Source: Camelus dromedarius
Lineage: Eukaryota
Reading direction: 5' to 3'
DNA: 64,000 nucleotides
Assembly (NCBI RefSeq): GCF_036321535.1
Contig: NC_087447.1
Coordinates: 43,650,001-43,714,000, forward strand
Both the position numbers and the translations under genes were made by a program. The notes under the pieces are model-generated. The model was not told where the DNA came from. It made no database searches and saw only the letters and a list, made by a program, of their open reading frames with translations. Positions 48,307-62,170 of the stretch are shown here, piece after piece. Each line of letters begins with the position of its first letter. Within the stretch, counting starts at the first letter, position 1.

Positions 48307-50531
48307 CTAAAAGGAAGGGGAAAAACACACACACACACTTAAAAGGCTAGAAAAACATCATAGCAGCTTCTAAATGAAGTATGCAATTTATGAGGGCAGT
48401 TTTGTTGATCATCTGTGCGAAACCACCCACCTCAACAGGAAATCACAGGATTTCAAAACCACTACAAGGAGGACCAGAGCAGATGCCACTGATAGGCGTG
48501 CCATGAAAGCTGGCAACACCACCCGCTGGATGACCTCACCTTTGGCTGCAAAGGCCTCAGTGGAGCTCCAGACCCAGTGGTGCTTGACAGGGCTGGACGT
48601 GTCGGGTCTGGTTTATTGGAGGCACAACCTGCCAGAGGCACTGACAGCACTAAGGGTCTACTCTCTGAGGACACCAGGGAGGAGGTATCATTCACCAAGG
48701 AACTACGTGGGAACAACCCCTACACAGATCTTGTCTCCTGACTCTCACGCTGGAGTTCTCCAGAGCCAAGGCACACCTCACAGCGTGGAGGTCTGTCCTG
48801 AGCATCACAGAGCGCACGGAGGATAAGGGATGCCAACTGCCCGGCCCTACCCCTACTCACACGTCCCTTCTGGAAGTGGCCGATCCTACCTCTCAACAAA
48901 GGCCCTGGCAGCCAAGCCAGCACGTTGAGTTTCTGTAACACCGGAGCTGAGAGAAGCAAGCTAGGATGAAATATCTTGCGAAGAACCAAAACAACAGCCA
49001 TAGGGATCTCAAGGGCCAAGCAGAGGGAAAAACCAGGGAAACGTAAAGTAGCCAGAAACCATGGAAAACAGAGGAAAGGGAGAAGATCTGATAAGGCAGA
49101 TGAGAGGCAAATCTTATAAAATGCCCTGAGCTAGAGGCAGGAGCTGCAGCCACTCTCTGGGTGTGTCTGGCCTGGCTGTAGTCAGGGAGGAGGGAAGTGG
49201 CTGCTCATGGAACTGAGCCAGCCCAACGCCACCAATACTCCCTTCCTCCGTGATGAAGGTCAGGCTGAAACCAGAGGCCCGCCGTAGGCCATCCAGGGGC
49301 TCTGCAGTCTGCAAAGCAAGAGCTTACTGCTAAACAGGGAAATGACACTCACCATCATCTGGGCCGGTCCAGAGGAATTGATGTTCCCATGTTCACAAGG
49401 GAGGCACCCTACACCCCAAAGTCACGACTGTACAAAGGGGGCGGGGGGTCAGAGGAACCCAGGCACAGGGGCCAGAGGTGGCTCCCTACTCCTGTGCCCA
49501 TTTCCCACATTCCAACCTTTGGAATGGGCTCTCCAGGCCCCCTTCATTAAGAAAGGACACCTCCTTCCTTCCCTTGCCCCACCCCTTTCCCAGTGCACTG
49601 CCTGGGTGAGAGCAGGCGGCAGAGCCAGCCCTGGTTCAAAAACAGAAGTGGGGAGCAAAGATTCTGCATTTGAGCACCAAAACGTCCCTCATGAAAGATG
49701 CACTGGCTGTATGTTAATGGCGCAGTGCGAGGGTGGGCCCAGGGGCCATTTCCCAGGGCAGCCGTGCCAGACACAGGCTAGAGAGACCAGCACCCCTGCC
49801 GTTACACTGCCCTTGACTCCAGCCCCTCTCCAGCCTGCACCTTGTTCATTGTTCTGGAAGCCCTTTCACACCATAAACAAAGGGCCTTAACAATCAATAA
49901 TGGCATCTTTGTGTTGATGGCAGTTCATTATTGTTCCATTAATTAATACTCCAGTCATCGCATGGTCAAACACTGACTAGTATCCAAAGATATAACCCAC
50001 ATTTTCTTAGAACCTCACAAAAGAGAGGAATGTAATTCTTAACAGCAGGTCAAATTGCTTCTCTGTCCAAGAACTCACATGATGGTGACTTTCAGAGGAG
50101 AAGAGAGGGAGTAGGAAAGACCCAGGCACCCCAGTGGAGCTAGGCGTGTCCGACCCCAGGGCCAAAGTCATCATGCGCAGGGCCGCCCCGCACTGGCAGC
50201 TGCCGCTTCTCCAGCAGGAGATGAAGGAAGAAGACCAAAGGGGAAGCTCCTTCCGCAAGACTCTAGCAAGCCGCCACACCGACCGTGCGGAGTGCGGTGT
50301 GTTCGTACAATAAAAGACCTACCCACGCAGTCACCCAGAGGCAGCCATTTTCACTAGTTGACCAAAAAAATATATATATATATAACAAAGGAGGTGATGT
50401 TATAAGTTAATACACAAAATGCATGCCATAGAGTTTATAGCACATGCTAGATTTTTTTTTTTTAAAATCTGGATCCACTCCAGCAGTCAATGGAAAAAGG
50501 GAAGCAGTACTGAGTTACAAGAAACACAGAT

Positions 50532-50609
50532 GGAGGAGAGGGTGTAGCTCAGTAGTAGAAAACATGCCTAGCATACACAAGGTCCTAGGTTCAATCCCCA
50601 GTACTTCCA
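50532..50609 (+). mobile_element. Camelid tRNA-derived SINE (Vic-1-like, no tail)
   Basis: ggagagggtgtagctcagtagtagaa...ggttcaatccccagtacttcca. Confidence 0.8.
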
Positions 50610-51134
50610 AGATGCACCGATCAGTGTGGTAAAGTCAAACTGACTGCCTAGGAGAAGCACAACTGTTCCTAAGGAAGGGAGAAACTTCCCTGGTTTTCAC
50701 AGAGAGACTTTGTGTAGTGGGATAAACAACACTCAATAACATCCTCACAGTAAACAGAGCTGAGGCGAGCTCACTGCTTTCCTTAAGAGGTCAAAGGTTA
50801 GTGGATAACATGGGCCAAAGCAACTCTATGGAGGCCAATACAATGTGATCCAAGTACCATGCTTGCAATGTGGGGCCCTCACCATGTGCCAGCATTGTTC
50901 AGAGCACTTTGCCTATATTAATTCATTTAATTTTGCCCACACTATTTTTATTCACCCATTTTACACATAAAGGAACTGAGGCACAAAGTGAACGGATGAG
51001 GCACAAATGGATAATTTGCCTAAGTTACTGTGTACTAAATTAGTGAGTTCTCCGTAATAGCTTAATTGAGGAGATCAACAAATTTTTGTTGTATATATTG
51101 GGACTGAATGAAAATTCATTTAAAATAAGGTTGA

Positions 51135-51225
51135 GGGGAGAGTACAGCAGTGGGAGAGCCGTGCTTGGCATGCCCTAGGTCCTGGGTTCAACCTCCAGTT
51201 CCTCTATTAACCGGAAGAAAAAAAA
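51135..51225 (+). mobile_element. Camelid tRNA-derived SINE (diverged)
   Basis: ggggagagtacagcagtgggagagc...tcctgggttcaacctccagt, then an A tail. Confidence 0.75.
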
Positions 51226-52198
51226 GGATTTTGAAAATGCTGTCTGAACCTGAAAGTCCATTAGCAGAGGAGTGGATAAATAAACTACGGTTCATCCATA
51301 TTTCTGGACAATTTGTAGTATTTTAAAACATGAGGTAGATATTTACAGACCATTATAGAAATATAAGACATATTGGATAGTGAAAACAGCACAATTCAAA
51401 GAATCACACAGCGTGATGCTAGAAAACAGTACTACCCAGCTCCATAGGTAATGATGTGTGTCTGGGAGGTGACGTAACAATGCTTAACAGTGTTCTCTTA
51501 TGAGTAAGTGTCTGGGCTATAAAAAGCTGGGAGGGGGAGGTATGCTCAAGTTCCCCTTTCCTTGGATTTTGTGAAAGTTTGCTTTATGGTCTAGCACATT
51601 ATCAATTTTTATGTATGTTCTAAACATGTCATAAAATGATGTACATTCGCCAAAAAAAAAAAAAAAGACGGGCTTTTACTTTAACCACAATATTTGAGCT
51701 TCTTATAAAAATGTCTCTTTTCTTGGTAATTAAAATATATCTGAAAATCTAGCAGCACTGTTTGAGTAGCGGTAATAGTAGTTCCTGGTGCTTTTTTGCT
51801 CCCCTAACAGACTCCCGGCAGACAAGTCAGACCGTATTACAGTGCTGCTTATGGCAGAAAGTTCCCTCCCTCGACCCAAATCACTGTTCTAGATAACAGA
51901 ACCTCTTCCACAGTACCAAAATCCCTGCTGTTCTCAAGCACTTTTTAAAGGTATTCAACAGCAGTGAGATGGAGATAATGTCCCAGACAGAAGTCTGCCA
52001 CATTCCCACCCCTTGCTTTTGATGAAGTGCCAAGTCCTAAGTTCTCACAGTCTACATAAGACTGACAGCTCTCAAGAAAACTGCACTCAAGCCTTAGCAG
52101 GGCACAGACCAGGAAAAAAAGTCACCTCTACTTGGAGAAGAACCTGGAAAGCATCTAAGAACAGGGCCAAGAAGAAGATTACTTTATTAAGCCTTGGC

Positions 52199-52294
52199 TT
52201 TTTTTCCCTTTACTAACTGAGGCACTGGGGATTAAACCCAGGATCTCGTGCACACCAAGCACGCGCTCTACCATTGAGCTATATCCCTCACCCC
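52199..52294 (-). mobile_element. Camelid tRNA-derived SINE (Vic-1-like)
   Basis: gaggcactggggattaaacccagg...ctctaccattgagctatatccctc. Confidence 0.82.
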
Positions 52295-53693
52295 TAGATT
52301 AGTTTAGAATCATCTTGTTGAATGCCAGCGTTCATCAGCCAAAGGTGAGGATTTGAGTTTAAGTGAATAAATGCATACTTCTTATTCCGGTAACTGGGCA
52401 ACAGGCTCGATCACTTTTTGGCATCATTCTTGGATAACATGGCTCATCATGGTATCATCATGGCCTAATAGGCTAGATGGTTATGAAAATGTCATTCCGA
52501 TGATTCAGAAACTTGTTTAAAAAGACAGAGCTGGAACACAGCTCTGTTTGCCCTATGTTAAGAAGAGATTGCTTTGTCAGAGGTTACATCTGCTCCCTTA
52601 ATTCTAACAGTGGAACAGCAGTAGAAGGCTTGGACCCATACTGAGACCATATAGCTGGGTCCCTGAGTGATTCCAGGTTTGGGAGTCTCTGGAAAGTCTT
52701 GTCTGTGTTCTCTATTAGGTAAATCAGTGACAGAGCAGTTGTCCAGCTCTCCGAGCATGAAGTCAGATTGGCAGAATCATGCTGACATTCCACTGAGAAG
52801 AAAGTCATGTGGAATTCTGAAGGATGCTACATGCCAGCTTTCTAATCCTCCCCATTCTGGGGTGGCAAGACAATTTAAAGGAGAGCTCTATCCTGTTCAA
52901 CACTATTAAGGATGCTCAACCCACTGATAAATATAAATAAGGGGCCATTTTTACTCAACTAATGATGTTAGCCACTAGGCCAGACCTGTACAATGGACTT
53001 GTGATGTACTAAGGTGTGAAACACATATATTTGATCAAATTTTCTCTTCTGTTTGATGGTTATTTCTACAAATGAGACAGAGGGAAAGTGAATTTTCTCA
53101 TCCAAACTTTCCATGGTCAGAGCTGTTCCTCAATCTGTAATTCAAGTTAGCTACCTGATTGCAATATCGTGTGGGACCAACAGATATTGTGAAGGCGAAG
53201 GATGTGTGTACTCTCTGGAGGTGAAATGGCATCTACAGATTGACATTTCCTTGTCCTCTTGCATCTTTCACTGAAGAATGCCACAGTGAAACATACTCCC
53301 TTCTCTCATAACACAGAGCTGAATCAGGATGGGGAGTTCTTACGTGTATACTGTCAATAACTCAGAAACTTTAGCCAAGACTATCCAAGCTTTGCATCTA
53401 TCAAACCTTCGCTCTCAAGAGGCTAGGAAAAGTCTTGGATAAAGGAATCCACCCTCTAAAACCCAGATCCCTAGGAAGCAAAAGTAAAACACAGCTCAGA
53501 AATGTCAGGCCTTAAGAGTGATGATGCTGAGAATTCACAGAACAGAGAAAACACAGCACCTTGACTCTTACAGGTTATGGTTCTGTTCCTAGAAGACCCA
53601 AAATGCTATTGCTGCTGGGGGCTGGGTGGGCCTAATATACAGCTCCAGTGGGCAATAGCTATTTTCTAAGCCATCTCTGAGTGGAAGAGTGAA

Positions 53694-53820
53694 GGGAGGG
53701 TATAGCTCAGTGGTAAAGTGTATGCCTAGCATGCACGAGGTGCTGGGTTCAATCCCCAGTACCTCCATTAGATAAATAAATGAATGAGTAAATCTAATTA
53801 TCTCCCGCTGCCCCAGAAAA
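53694..53820 (+). mobile_element. Camelid tRNA-derived SINE (Vic-1-like, long form)
   Basis: gggagggtatagctcagtggtaaagtg...gggttcaatccccagtacctcca...taaatctaattatctcc. Confidence 0.88.
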
Positions 53821-54299
53821 GGAAGAAAGGGACTTCAGGATGATGTAGCAGCCATATAGGATGTTCTATGGTTGGGAGGTCATGGAGTTGACCATGACAG
53901 GTAATCAGCCTCAGTGATTAGGAGAGAAGGGAGAGGCTAGAGAAAGGACTGTGTGGGTTCAGGAAGCATAGGACTGATCACCACGATTTCAGTATGGACA
54001 GAGTCTCTATACAAAGGGCAGTTTGGGCCACAAAGACACTACCCTAATCTAAACTGAATTTGCCCCTTCTCCTCCAAAGGTCAGTGGATAAAGAGTTTAC
54101 TCTTAGTAAGTTCCTCTTGCACTTGAGCTGGATGCTAGCAGATTCAAGAAATAAAGCAAGTTTTCCCTACCTTGGAGGACACTGCATTTTAATTAGGGAT
54201 GAGATTTTCAGGGGATATTTAAGGCTCCCCAAAGAAACCTTATCATTATTTGGAAAACCCCCAGACTAAATTTCCCCCTTGCTCTCTTGCTAGTGTTAC

Positions 54300-54692
54300 C
54301 TTTACTGTAACCACATGGCACCAGTGAAGGCTGCCATCTTCTTAGAGATATTCTCACCCTTCCCAGCCTCCTGATGCAAAGCTTAGATGGTTGGAATCCT
54401 TCCTCTGAATTTTCAAACTTAGGAACAGAAAATGGTAGTGGTTGTGCTCGAAGGTTCTGAGGTTGTTAGTGGCCATGTCTTCTTCCATGTGGAGGAAGTG
54501 GGTTTGCAGCAGGAATGAGCTATGAAGCCAACATTTATGGAAATACAAATGAAAAGAGACTGGTGGCATTCTCACCCCAGTTCATGCTGTCCAAAGCCAA
54601 CAATACAACCCTGCCCTTCTTGTGGATTCCCTTTGGCCTGCACTAGTTCAAACCAAGTTTCTGTTACTGGCAACCAAAGGTCCTGACTGATG
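54300..54692 (+). mobile_element. MaLR LTR remnant (MLT1-like)
   Basis: 3' end tttctgttactggcaaccaaaggtcctgactgat; boundaries approximate. Confidence 0.55.
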
Positions 54693-56782
54693 AATTTGTC
54701 TCCAAGGATGATCAATCAATTGACCGAAATTTACTTTAGAAACAACTTACAAGGAAACACTTTTGTTATTTGGATATATGCTGAATTACCAAGGAATCCC
54801 ACCTACTGTTGCTTGATCTGCTTGAACTGGCCGTTTTTAAGATGGAATTGCCAGTTGTGAGCCAACCGTAGTTAAAACCAGGATTATCATCTAGAGCTAA
54901 TAAGGATCTACTTTGTGGCGCAGGGTGTGTCTATATGGGAAGTATGGGGATAAAAAAGGCACCCATTCTCCTTTGTGTGGGAGGATGACTTTCTATCTAC
55001 CACCTGTTGGCCTCCATTCCTATTTCCCATGTAGAGCAAGAAGGTTAAAACGGAATGCTACAGGATGCAACATGCCTGTGGGCATCAACTGGGTACATTG
55101 GTGGGGGGGGCAGGTAGAGGACATAAAATAAGTTAAGACAGTAAGAAATAAATTGGAAGCTAACGTAGGGCTAAAAGATACAAGGGTGAATGGGAAATGA
55201 ATAAATGAAGGGCAGTAAGAGCATAAAAACACACAATAAATGTATAAGAGGTTATGTTGAAAGAACGATGTCTTACACGGCTCTACAAAGGCCAAGTCTG
55301 GGAGCCGGGAGGCTGAGAGCAGCTTCCCTGTTCCCACCATTTGCCCAGCTGGACTTCAAGGCAGGGGATCCAGGGGTCTTCTGGAGAGGCTTCCATACTC
55401 ACGTACAGAACACAGCCCCGCCCTCCGCAAGGCAGGACCTTCTCTGCAAAATAACAGCTGGGAACGATTAGGAGGAGGGGCTGCACTAACCATGCACAGT
55501 CTCAGGTAGGTTACCTCATCTCAACCTCCCCATCCTTTAAATATGAGACAATCAGACCTCACAGAGCGACACAGAGGGTGAGCTAGGTCATTAAACACAG
55601 AAACATGTGGGACTAAAAGTGCAGAATATTTTTTTAGAGCAGGATGCTCTACTATTTCCTCTGTGTACATAAACAGTTTTGGAATGATCGTGGAAATACG
55701 GAAGTCATTTAAATGCCTTTGTTTAAGCTAAAAGACCAAAGTACAGTTAGACACAGCACATCCCTTGTACTGACGGTTTTAATTAACTCATTCTTTTTGT
55801 GCAAGAGAATAAAAAGAGGCAACATTTCTGATCAGGACACCTGTGGAGTACCTGTAAAGGTCTGAGCAAATAACCCAAGGGAATAAAAACCAAAATACTC
55901 TTGGGATGGAAAGAAAAAATTGCCTACGGGACAACACAGAACCCACTGTTAGCTAAGAGCCTGGAATCATGCTTGTGGTGCAAACAGCTAAGAACCTGTC
56001 ACTTTTCCATTGTCTCTGAAAAGACATTTCGAGTCGTATCTACACAGCCAGTTTTTTCCTTCTTACAAGCATTCTACTACATACATACTCTAAGTACTGT
56101 GTGCTACATACATGTTTATAATGAGCACAATGAGAATTTCAATAGCTAATAATAACCAGTCATAAATACTTGAGTTTTTATTTCTGTTCCAATCTGAGGG
56201 TCAGGTCAAATTTAGATCAAACATGTGCTTTCCAGCTGAATCACCCCCGGCAGCCTCCTCAGAGCCATCAGCCTCTGACTCTAGTGGCTGGTCAGATTCC
56301 ACAATGCTTGCTCACTCTTGGCCTGGCCCCTCCATGGCAGCTTGGCCAAGAGATGGCCATGTTAGGTCTCTGCAGAGTTCTGTATCGTGTGAGTGCTTGA
56401 TGCCACGGCTGGGGGCCATGCAGAATCCCCAGGGGTCTGCCTCCTTCACAGCCTGGCCGGCCTCTGCCAGGAGAACAAGCCTCCACATATGCCCTGAAAC
56501 CTTCTCGGGGACGCTGGGTGAGGGCAACTCTGCAGCCTTCCCTGACTGATGTCCCAGGAGACCTCCCATCAGCAACGCACTTCGCTGCTCCCAGAACTGT
56601 CAAGTGGGGTGGAGGGGAGGTCGCGTGGCGGTGTCATCTGGTACGCCAGCAGGGAGTGTGGGAAAAGCCTAAGGTAGTGAGCTCTCCATGAGACAGCTCC
56701 AGCCATCATGTTGTTATTCAGGGCCAAAAGCTGCTTCTTAGAGCTCCTGGTACGGACTGCTCGAAAAATACATCTGCCCTCC

Positions 56783-56925
56783 TTTTTATTTTTTATTTTT
56801 TTGTCTTTCTGGGGCGGGGGGTGTTATTAGGTTTATTTATTTATTTAATGGAGGTACTGGGGATTGAACCCAGGACCTTGTGCATGCTAAGAATGTGCTC
56901 TACCACTAAGCTATACCCTCCCCCC
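56783..56925 (-). mobile_element. Camelid tRNA-derived SINE (Vic-1-like, long form)
   Basis: Reverse-complement consensus match, flanked by the direct repeat cctccttttt. Confidence 0.88.
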
Positions 56926-57257
56926 GACCTCCTTTTTCTGATATCAAGGTCTGCAGTCCTCACCAGGTAAAGAATCACATTCATAAGCTATGGATTCCAG
57001 TTCCTTCAGGATCCTGGGCCATAGTACACACACTGCCCCAACTGGTCAGATCTCATTAAATTGTATCAGGGCTCCTTGCCTGTAAATACACTAAGATTCT
57101 GAACACAATACACTGGATAAGCCTTGGCCCTAGATAAGTCTTTAGTCGCTAAAATCATAGATGTCATGTGCTTTTAGTGGGATAACAAAAGAAAATATGT
57201 AGTGTTTCCATGCTGCCTAGTCAAGGGGATCTTATCAAATCCAGAAAGCCAATCTCA

Positions 57258-57702
57258 CATGGATGGACCAAGAAATTATCATACTGAGTGAAGTACGTCA
57301 GAGAAAGACAAATATCACATGATATCACTTATACCTGGAATCTTTAAAAAAACAAAAAAAAGAGACAAATGAAGTTATTTACAAAATAGAGACTCACAAA
57401 CATAGAAAATAAACGTATGGTTACCAAGAGGGGAAAGGGAGGGTTGGGTAGGGATAAATTAAGAGTTTGAGATATGCAGATACACACTACTATATACAAA
57501 AGAGATTAAAAAAAACTAAGACCTACTGAATATCATAGGGAACTATATTCAACATCTTGTAATAATCTATAATAAAAAAGAATATGAAAAGGAGTATATA
57601 CGTGTATATACACACACATATATATAACTGAATCACTACACTGTACACCAGAAACTAGCACAACATTGTAAATCAACTATACTTCACTTAAAAAAAAAAA
57701 AA
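57258..57702 (+). mobile_element. LINE-1 3' end with TSD
   Basis: catggatggacc...ctatacttca plus poly-A. TSD agaaa(gc/at)caatctca at 57243-57257 and 57707-57721. Confidence 0.9.
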
Positions 57703-60667
57703 GGGAAGAAAATCAATCTCAAGAGAGCCATGGCTGCTGGGAACAGGGGAGATGTTAAAGTCACTAAGGCTGTACTTCAAGCTTAGGACCGCCACATGCA
57801 CACCATACTTTTTCGAAACTTGGAAAATGCAGACCTTAAAAATAAGGGGACAAAAAAGAAACAAAAGATGGGGAAAATAAGTGGATCACAGAGGGTACAA
57901 TTTCTGTTACATGGTTCAGGTTACCCATCACCCAAGGGAACCAAACAGATTTGAGTGTAGGCAGGTGCTTATAAATAGGAAAACCTCCCCCAGATTTTTT
58001 GGTTAAGGTGTTAAAGGGCTTTCTGGCAGTTATAAAATCAATTATTCCCAGGACCAGTTCTACTTTTTCTAGGTGAGGACTAGCCAAGCCAACCAACTAT
58101 CTTTGGCACAGAGGTAGAGAAATTTCTTCAAAATGCAGCGTGAGTGGAGTACAGTCAGGTCCTAGCTACCGGAAGTCCAACGAGACAGATCTTATCCTGA
58201 CTATGACCTTCTTATGCCCTCCACCTCTTGACTGCAATTACATATAAGGGGAGGCTACGTGTTGCTGGTGGGGTGGTCACTATCAAATGAAGAGCAAAGC
58301 AAAGTTCATGAATAGCAAATTAAATAGCTTGGTCAACCAAGGTTCATGGAATCCTGCTTCAGTGACTCGAATACTCCCCAACACCTAGTAGGTACCACTC
58401 TCTGCTAGGCAGTTCCTGCCTTAAACAGCTCTGTAATCTCCCCAGGAGATGTGATAGGTGCTGTCACAGAGGTGTATGTAAGCCAGCAGCAGTGGTACAG
58501 GGGAGGGATGAATCAATTATACCTTCAAGGGAGAGGAGAGGCTTTAGAGTGGAGTCCCCACTTGAACGATTGAGTCTTGAAAGCTATGAAGAAATTTCCC
58601 CAGGAGAAGAGAACAGCATCTTTGTGAAGTCTTCCCAATACATATAGGCTATCTGTGAAGACACGACAATCACGACCCTTCAGACATTCTGATTTCCCAG
58701 AACACAGAAAACAAAGAACACCTTGGAGACAGTCTGTCTATAAGCTCTCTAACTAAGGAATTGGTATGATGCCCGTGAACGCTCCTAACCAGTCATTCTG
58801 GGAAGCCAGATTTGGAGCAAGAGAAATGCATTTGCTTTACTAAGATCCTATTTCAAAATTATAGTCTTGCATAATAAACAGTCTCTGCCAAATTCTCCTA
58901 ATCAGGTAGCAGGATGCCTAAGGGACCTACAGCCCTGGGCTAGAGGAGAAGTGGTATTTATAAGTGTGCTATCTTGTGATGGGATGATAGTAAAGCCAGG
59001 AGGAGAGTAAAACCAAGGGGAGGCTCTTTGTGTGGTGCTCCTTCTTCATCTTGCCAACTCCAAGAGACACACCGACTCATTATTATTAAAAACACCAGTC
59101 AGAGACAGAGAGGCAGCCTCAGGTGCTGGGGTTGGGGCCAGAGGGGGCGCTCTTTCAACTTATCTGGAGGCATTAGAAATAAACTGCCCAGTGCCTGTTG
59201 GATTGCCTGGATCTTCTATTGGAGGAGCCAACAATCAAATAGGCATGAGAGAAAGATCATAGGTGGAAAATGCGGGATCAGGCGAGGGCCAAAGTGAGGA
59301 GCTGGGCCTTTGGTCACAAGAATGCCATTAACCCAACAAGATGCTCAAATGGGAAGGAATCCTGGGGCAAATGGATAATAGCAAAGGTTGCTTGGGAACC
59401 AGAGGCATTAACAACATCATAGAAGGAACTTGAAAGCTTCCTTAGGGACAAAGCCAGTGTGAGGTGGGCTTGGGAGTGACCAGGAAGGAGTAGAGATGGT
59501 GATTTTTCAGCCCACTCCTGATTTCAAGATTCCTGACAGTGAAAGGAAGGGAAGTCATAAGGTTGCATAAAGAGGCAAGTACATGGTCAGAGATAACTGT
59601 GATTTGTTTTTCTCTAAGAATTAAGAGATGTTTTCTGCCAAGAACAAGGGACAAGGAGGCAGGGCAGAGAGTAAAGAAGAAACAACCAGGGAACAAGAGG
59701 ACGTGGAAGAGGACTGGGTCAGGTGGAGAGGATACTGGGAGAGCCTTGGCCAAGAGAAGGGACTCTTGACACATGAAACCAAAGGGCTGAAAAATGATGG
59801 CTGCGAACACTGACATTTTGTGGTGAAGGGGAGGAAAGATGATGTTTTCAAGCTACATGTGGCTAATTTTTTTTTTTTTTTCAGTGAAGTAGGTGGTGAC
59901 ATCAGTTGAGAGGGGAGTATGCTGCTGGGGACAAAGGAAAAAGTGTGAAAGGGTTGATACAGAAGATGGGAGAGGGGAAAAAGGCAGGGATGAGTCAAAG
60001 GACCCCCAACTACTGTTGCCAGCTCATGGAACCACCAACTGCCGTGCTGCTCGGTGTATCCGCAAGCTATTCAGCAAATCACCTTGGTACGATGCCACTT
60101 TGTTAAACCTTGCTGGAAAAGAGGCCTGAAGGGTCTCTCCTAATAGCTGGCAGACAGGAGCCACAGGTGCTAGAGTCAGAGGCAGCAGAATTCTAGCTCA
60201 ATTATGCCAGGGAAGATGATGTGGCAGCATTTTGGGAGGATATACCTACAGGGAACAGGGGGTGGCTAGAACCCTAGAGTAACCATACCCACTGTCATCC
60301 TCCTTGTGGTCTTGAAAAACCTCTCTGCCCAGAACCAAGGTTGGGCACATGGCTCTGGAGTAACCACAAGCTGTCTGCTGTGGTCAAGGTCACCATCACC
60401 ATAATACTTAGGAAGCGTTTTCTAAGCACTTTACAAGTACTGAATTATCTATCCATCATTTACAGTCAAGGAAACTGAATCTCAGGGAGGTTAAATCCAA
60501 TGTCCAAGGTCACACAGAGCTGAGATGTGAACTCAAGTAGCTGGATGCAGGATCCCTGCTCTGAGCCAATAGATCAGCTTTCACAGAAGCCACTGCCTAC
60601 TTCTCCAGCCTTCACCAGTCTGACTCAAGTGGAGACAAGTCAATGTCTGGATGCCTGTGTGTCTTTT

Positions 60668-61186
60668 TGTAACAGAAAAGAACAAATCTGACTCCATATT
60701 AGACCTGTTTCTTTGGCTTTAACCCTACAACCTGCATTCTAGACTTAGTCTTGCTAGCTCTGTACCTTTTGTAAAAGAATGTTGCCTTGAGCCTGAAACA
60801 TACAGGAGAGCCTATTCTCAAGACTCTGACCTTTAAGGATATTAACAGTTTTGCACTTAAATAAAGATGACAAGTTGCAGAATAGAAAATAACATTTGTT
60901 TTGTTAGAGGTTTTACAGGGGCACCATGACCTGACCCACGTGGACAGCTACAAGAACAAAGAATTCCTACGCCAAGAATTTTTCAACAACCAACCACACT
61001 CCCTCCCCTTTTTGGTATAAAAGCCTGAATTCTGACTTGAGGAAGAGGGTTCTCCAAGACATTAGTCTGCCATCTTCTCCGTCTGCCAGCTTTCCAAATA
61101 AAGTCGCTATTCCCTGACCCAACACCTCGTTTCCTGACTTATTGGCCTATCATGTGGTGAGCAAAACAAGCTTGGACTCAGTAACA
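60668..61186 (+). mobile_element. Solo LTR, ERV1-like (~519 bp)
   Basis: TGTAAC...GTAACA ends, TATAAAA near 61016, AATAAA near 61097, flanks tttt/ttct (3 of 4 match). Confidence 0.82.
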
Positions 61187-61939
61187 TTCTTATCTTTGCA
61201 GCTCTTCTGGCCCAAGTGGCCAGGCTACTGTATCAACCATTTGAGCCCCAGATGACACAGAATAAAGTCTCACATTAGCAGTTTGAGTTCAGTCCACATT
61301 CTACTGCAGAACCCAAGCCAATTGCTTGAGGGAACCCATGGTGATTCCAGATTTTTTTTTGGCTGGGAGAGGGGTTGGTCTGCAACTTTGGTTTGGAATT
61401 TGGTGTAAACACTCAGCATATTTGAAGCCTGCAGCAGTGTGAAGACGCTGACAGTGCTGGGATTCCTGTTCCTGGGAAAATAAACTGCTCGGAGGGCAGT
61501 CAGTGGACCCCACAGATCCTGCTTGTAGCTATTTTAAGAGGCTTTCATGACTATGTGGGTTGGCTTCGCTGATCTCAAAGCAGTGCAGGTGTGAGCTGCT
61601 TTTGAGTCAGTCAAGAACCAAACAGCTGAGGGGCGGAGGCCCTCTGGGTGCTTATGGCAGGAGGTTACCTCGTCCCAGGGCTCTAACTTTTGGGGAAGGG
61701 GCTGGAGGAGCAGCCCTGGTCAGCTTTCTCTCGGCAGCCACAGCCAAGCTGGTCAGAGCCAGCAGGGGGGCCTCTGGCCACCCACGGTAGGCCAGGTCCC
61801 AGCTGCCTCTTCACAGTCTTTGGTTTGGGAAAGGGGCCCAGAGCTAAAGAAATGATGGCCTGAGATTCATTCCTAGGAGAGAACCAAACTGGTCCCACCT
61901 GTCTCTCCTTCAGTCACCCCCTTCCTGGTAATGGCCAAT

Positions 61940-62170
61940 AGCAGTTAACTTTTACTGAACGTTCCCTACCTGCATGATACTCTAAGCATTTTATATACAT
62001 CATCTTGCTTGATCCTCATAAAGCCTGTATGTGGTAGGCACTATCATTTTCCTTATTTTAGAGATGAAGAAATCCAGGATTTGAGGTAATCTACGTCATC
62101 ACATAGCTAGTAAGTGTGGCTAAGCCAAGAGCCCAATCTGGGCTTTATTTCAAACTGCATGTTCTTAATG
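61940..62170 (-). mobile_element. MIR SINE
   Basis: ttgatcctcata...gtaggcactatcattttccttattttagagatgaagaaa...cacatagctagtaagtg. Further MIR cores at ~860, 14320, 17970, 18950, 20030, 33050, 39230, 50900 and 60420. Confidence 0.7.

Noticed and set aside
48430..48460. 31-nt pseudo-exon (ccttgtag/...GAG/gtgggt)
   Set aside because: Not frame-preserving and contains stops; such AG/GT pairs are common in introns and nothing else supports it.
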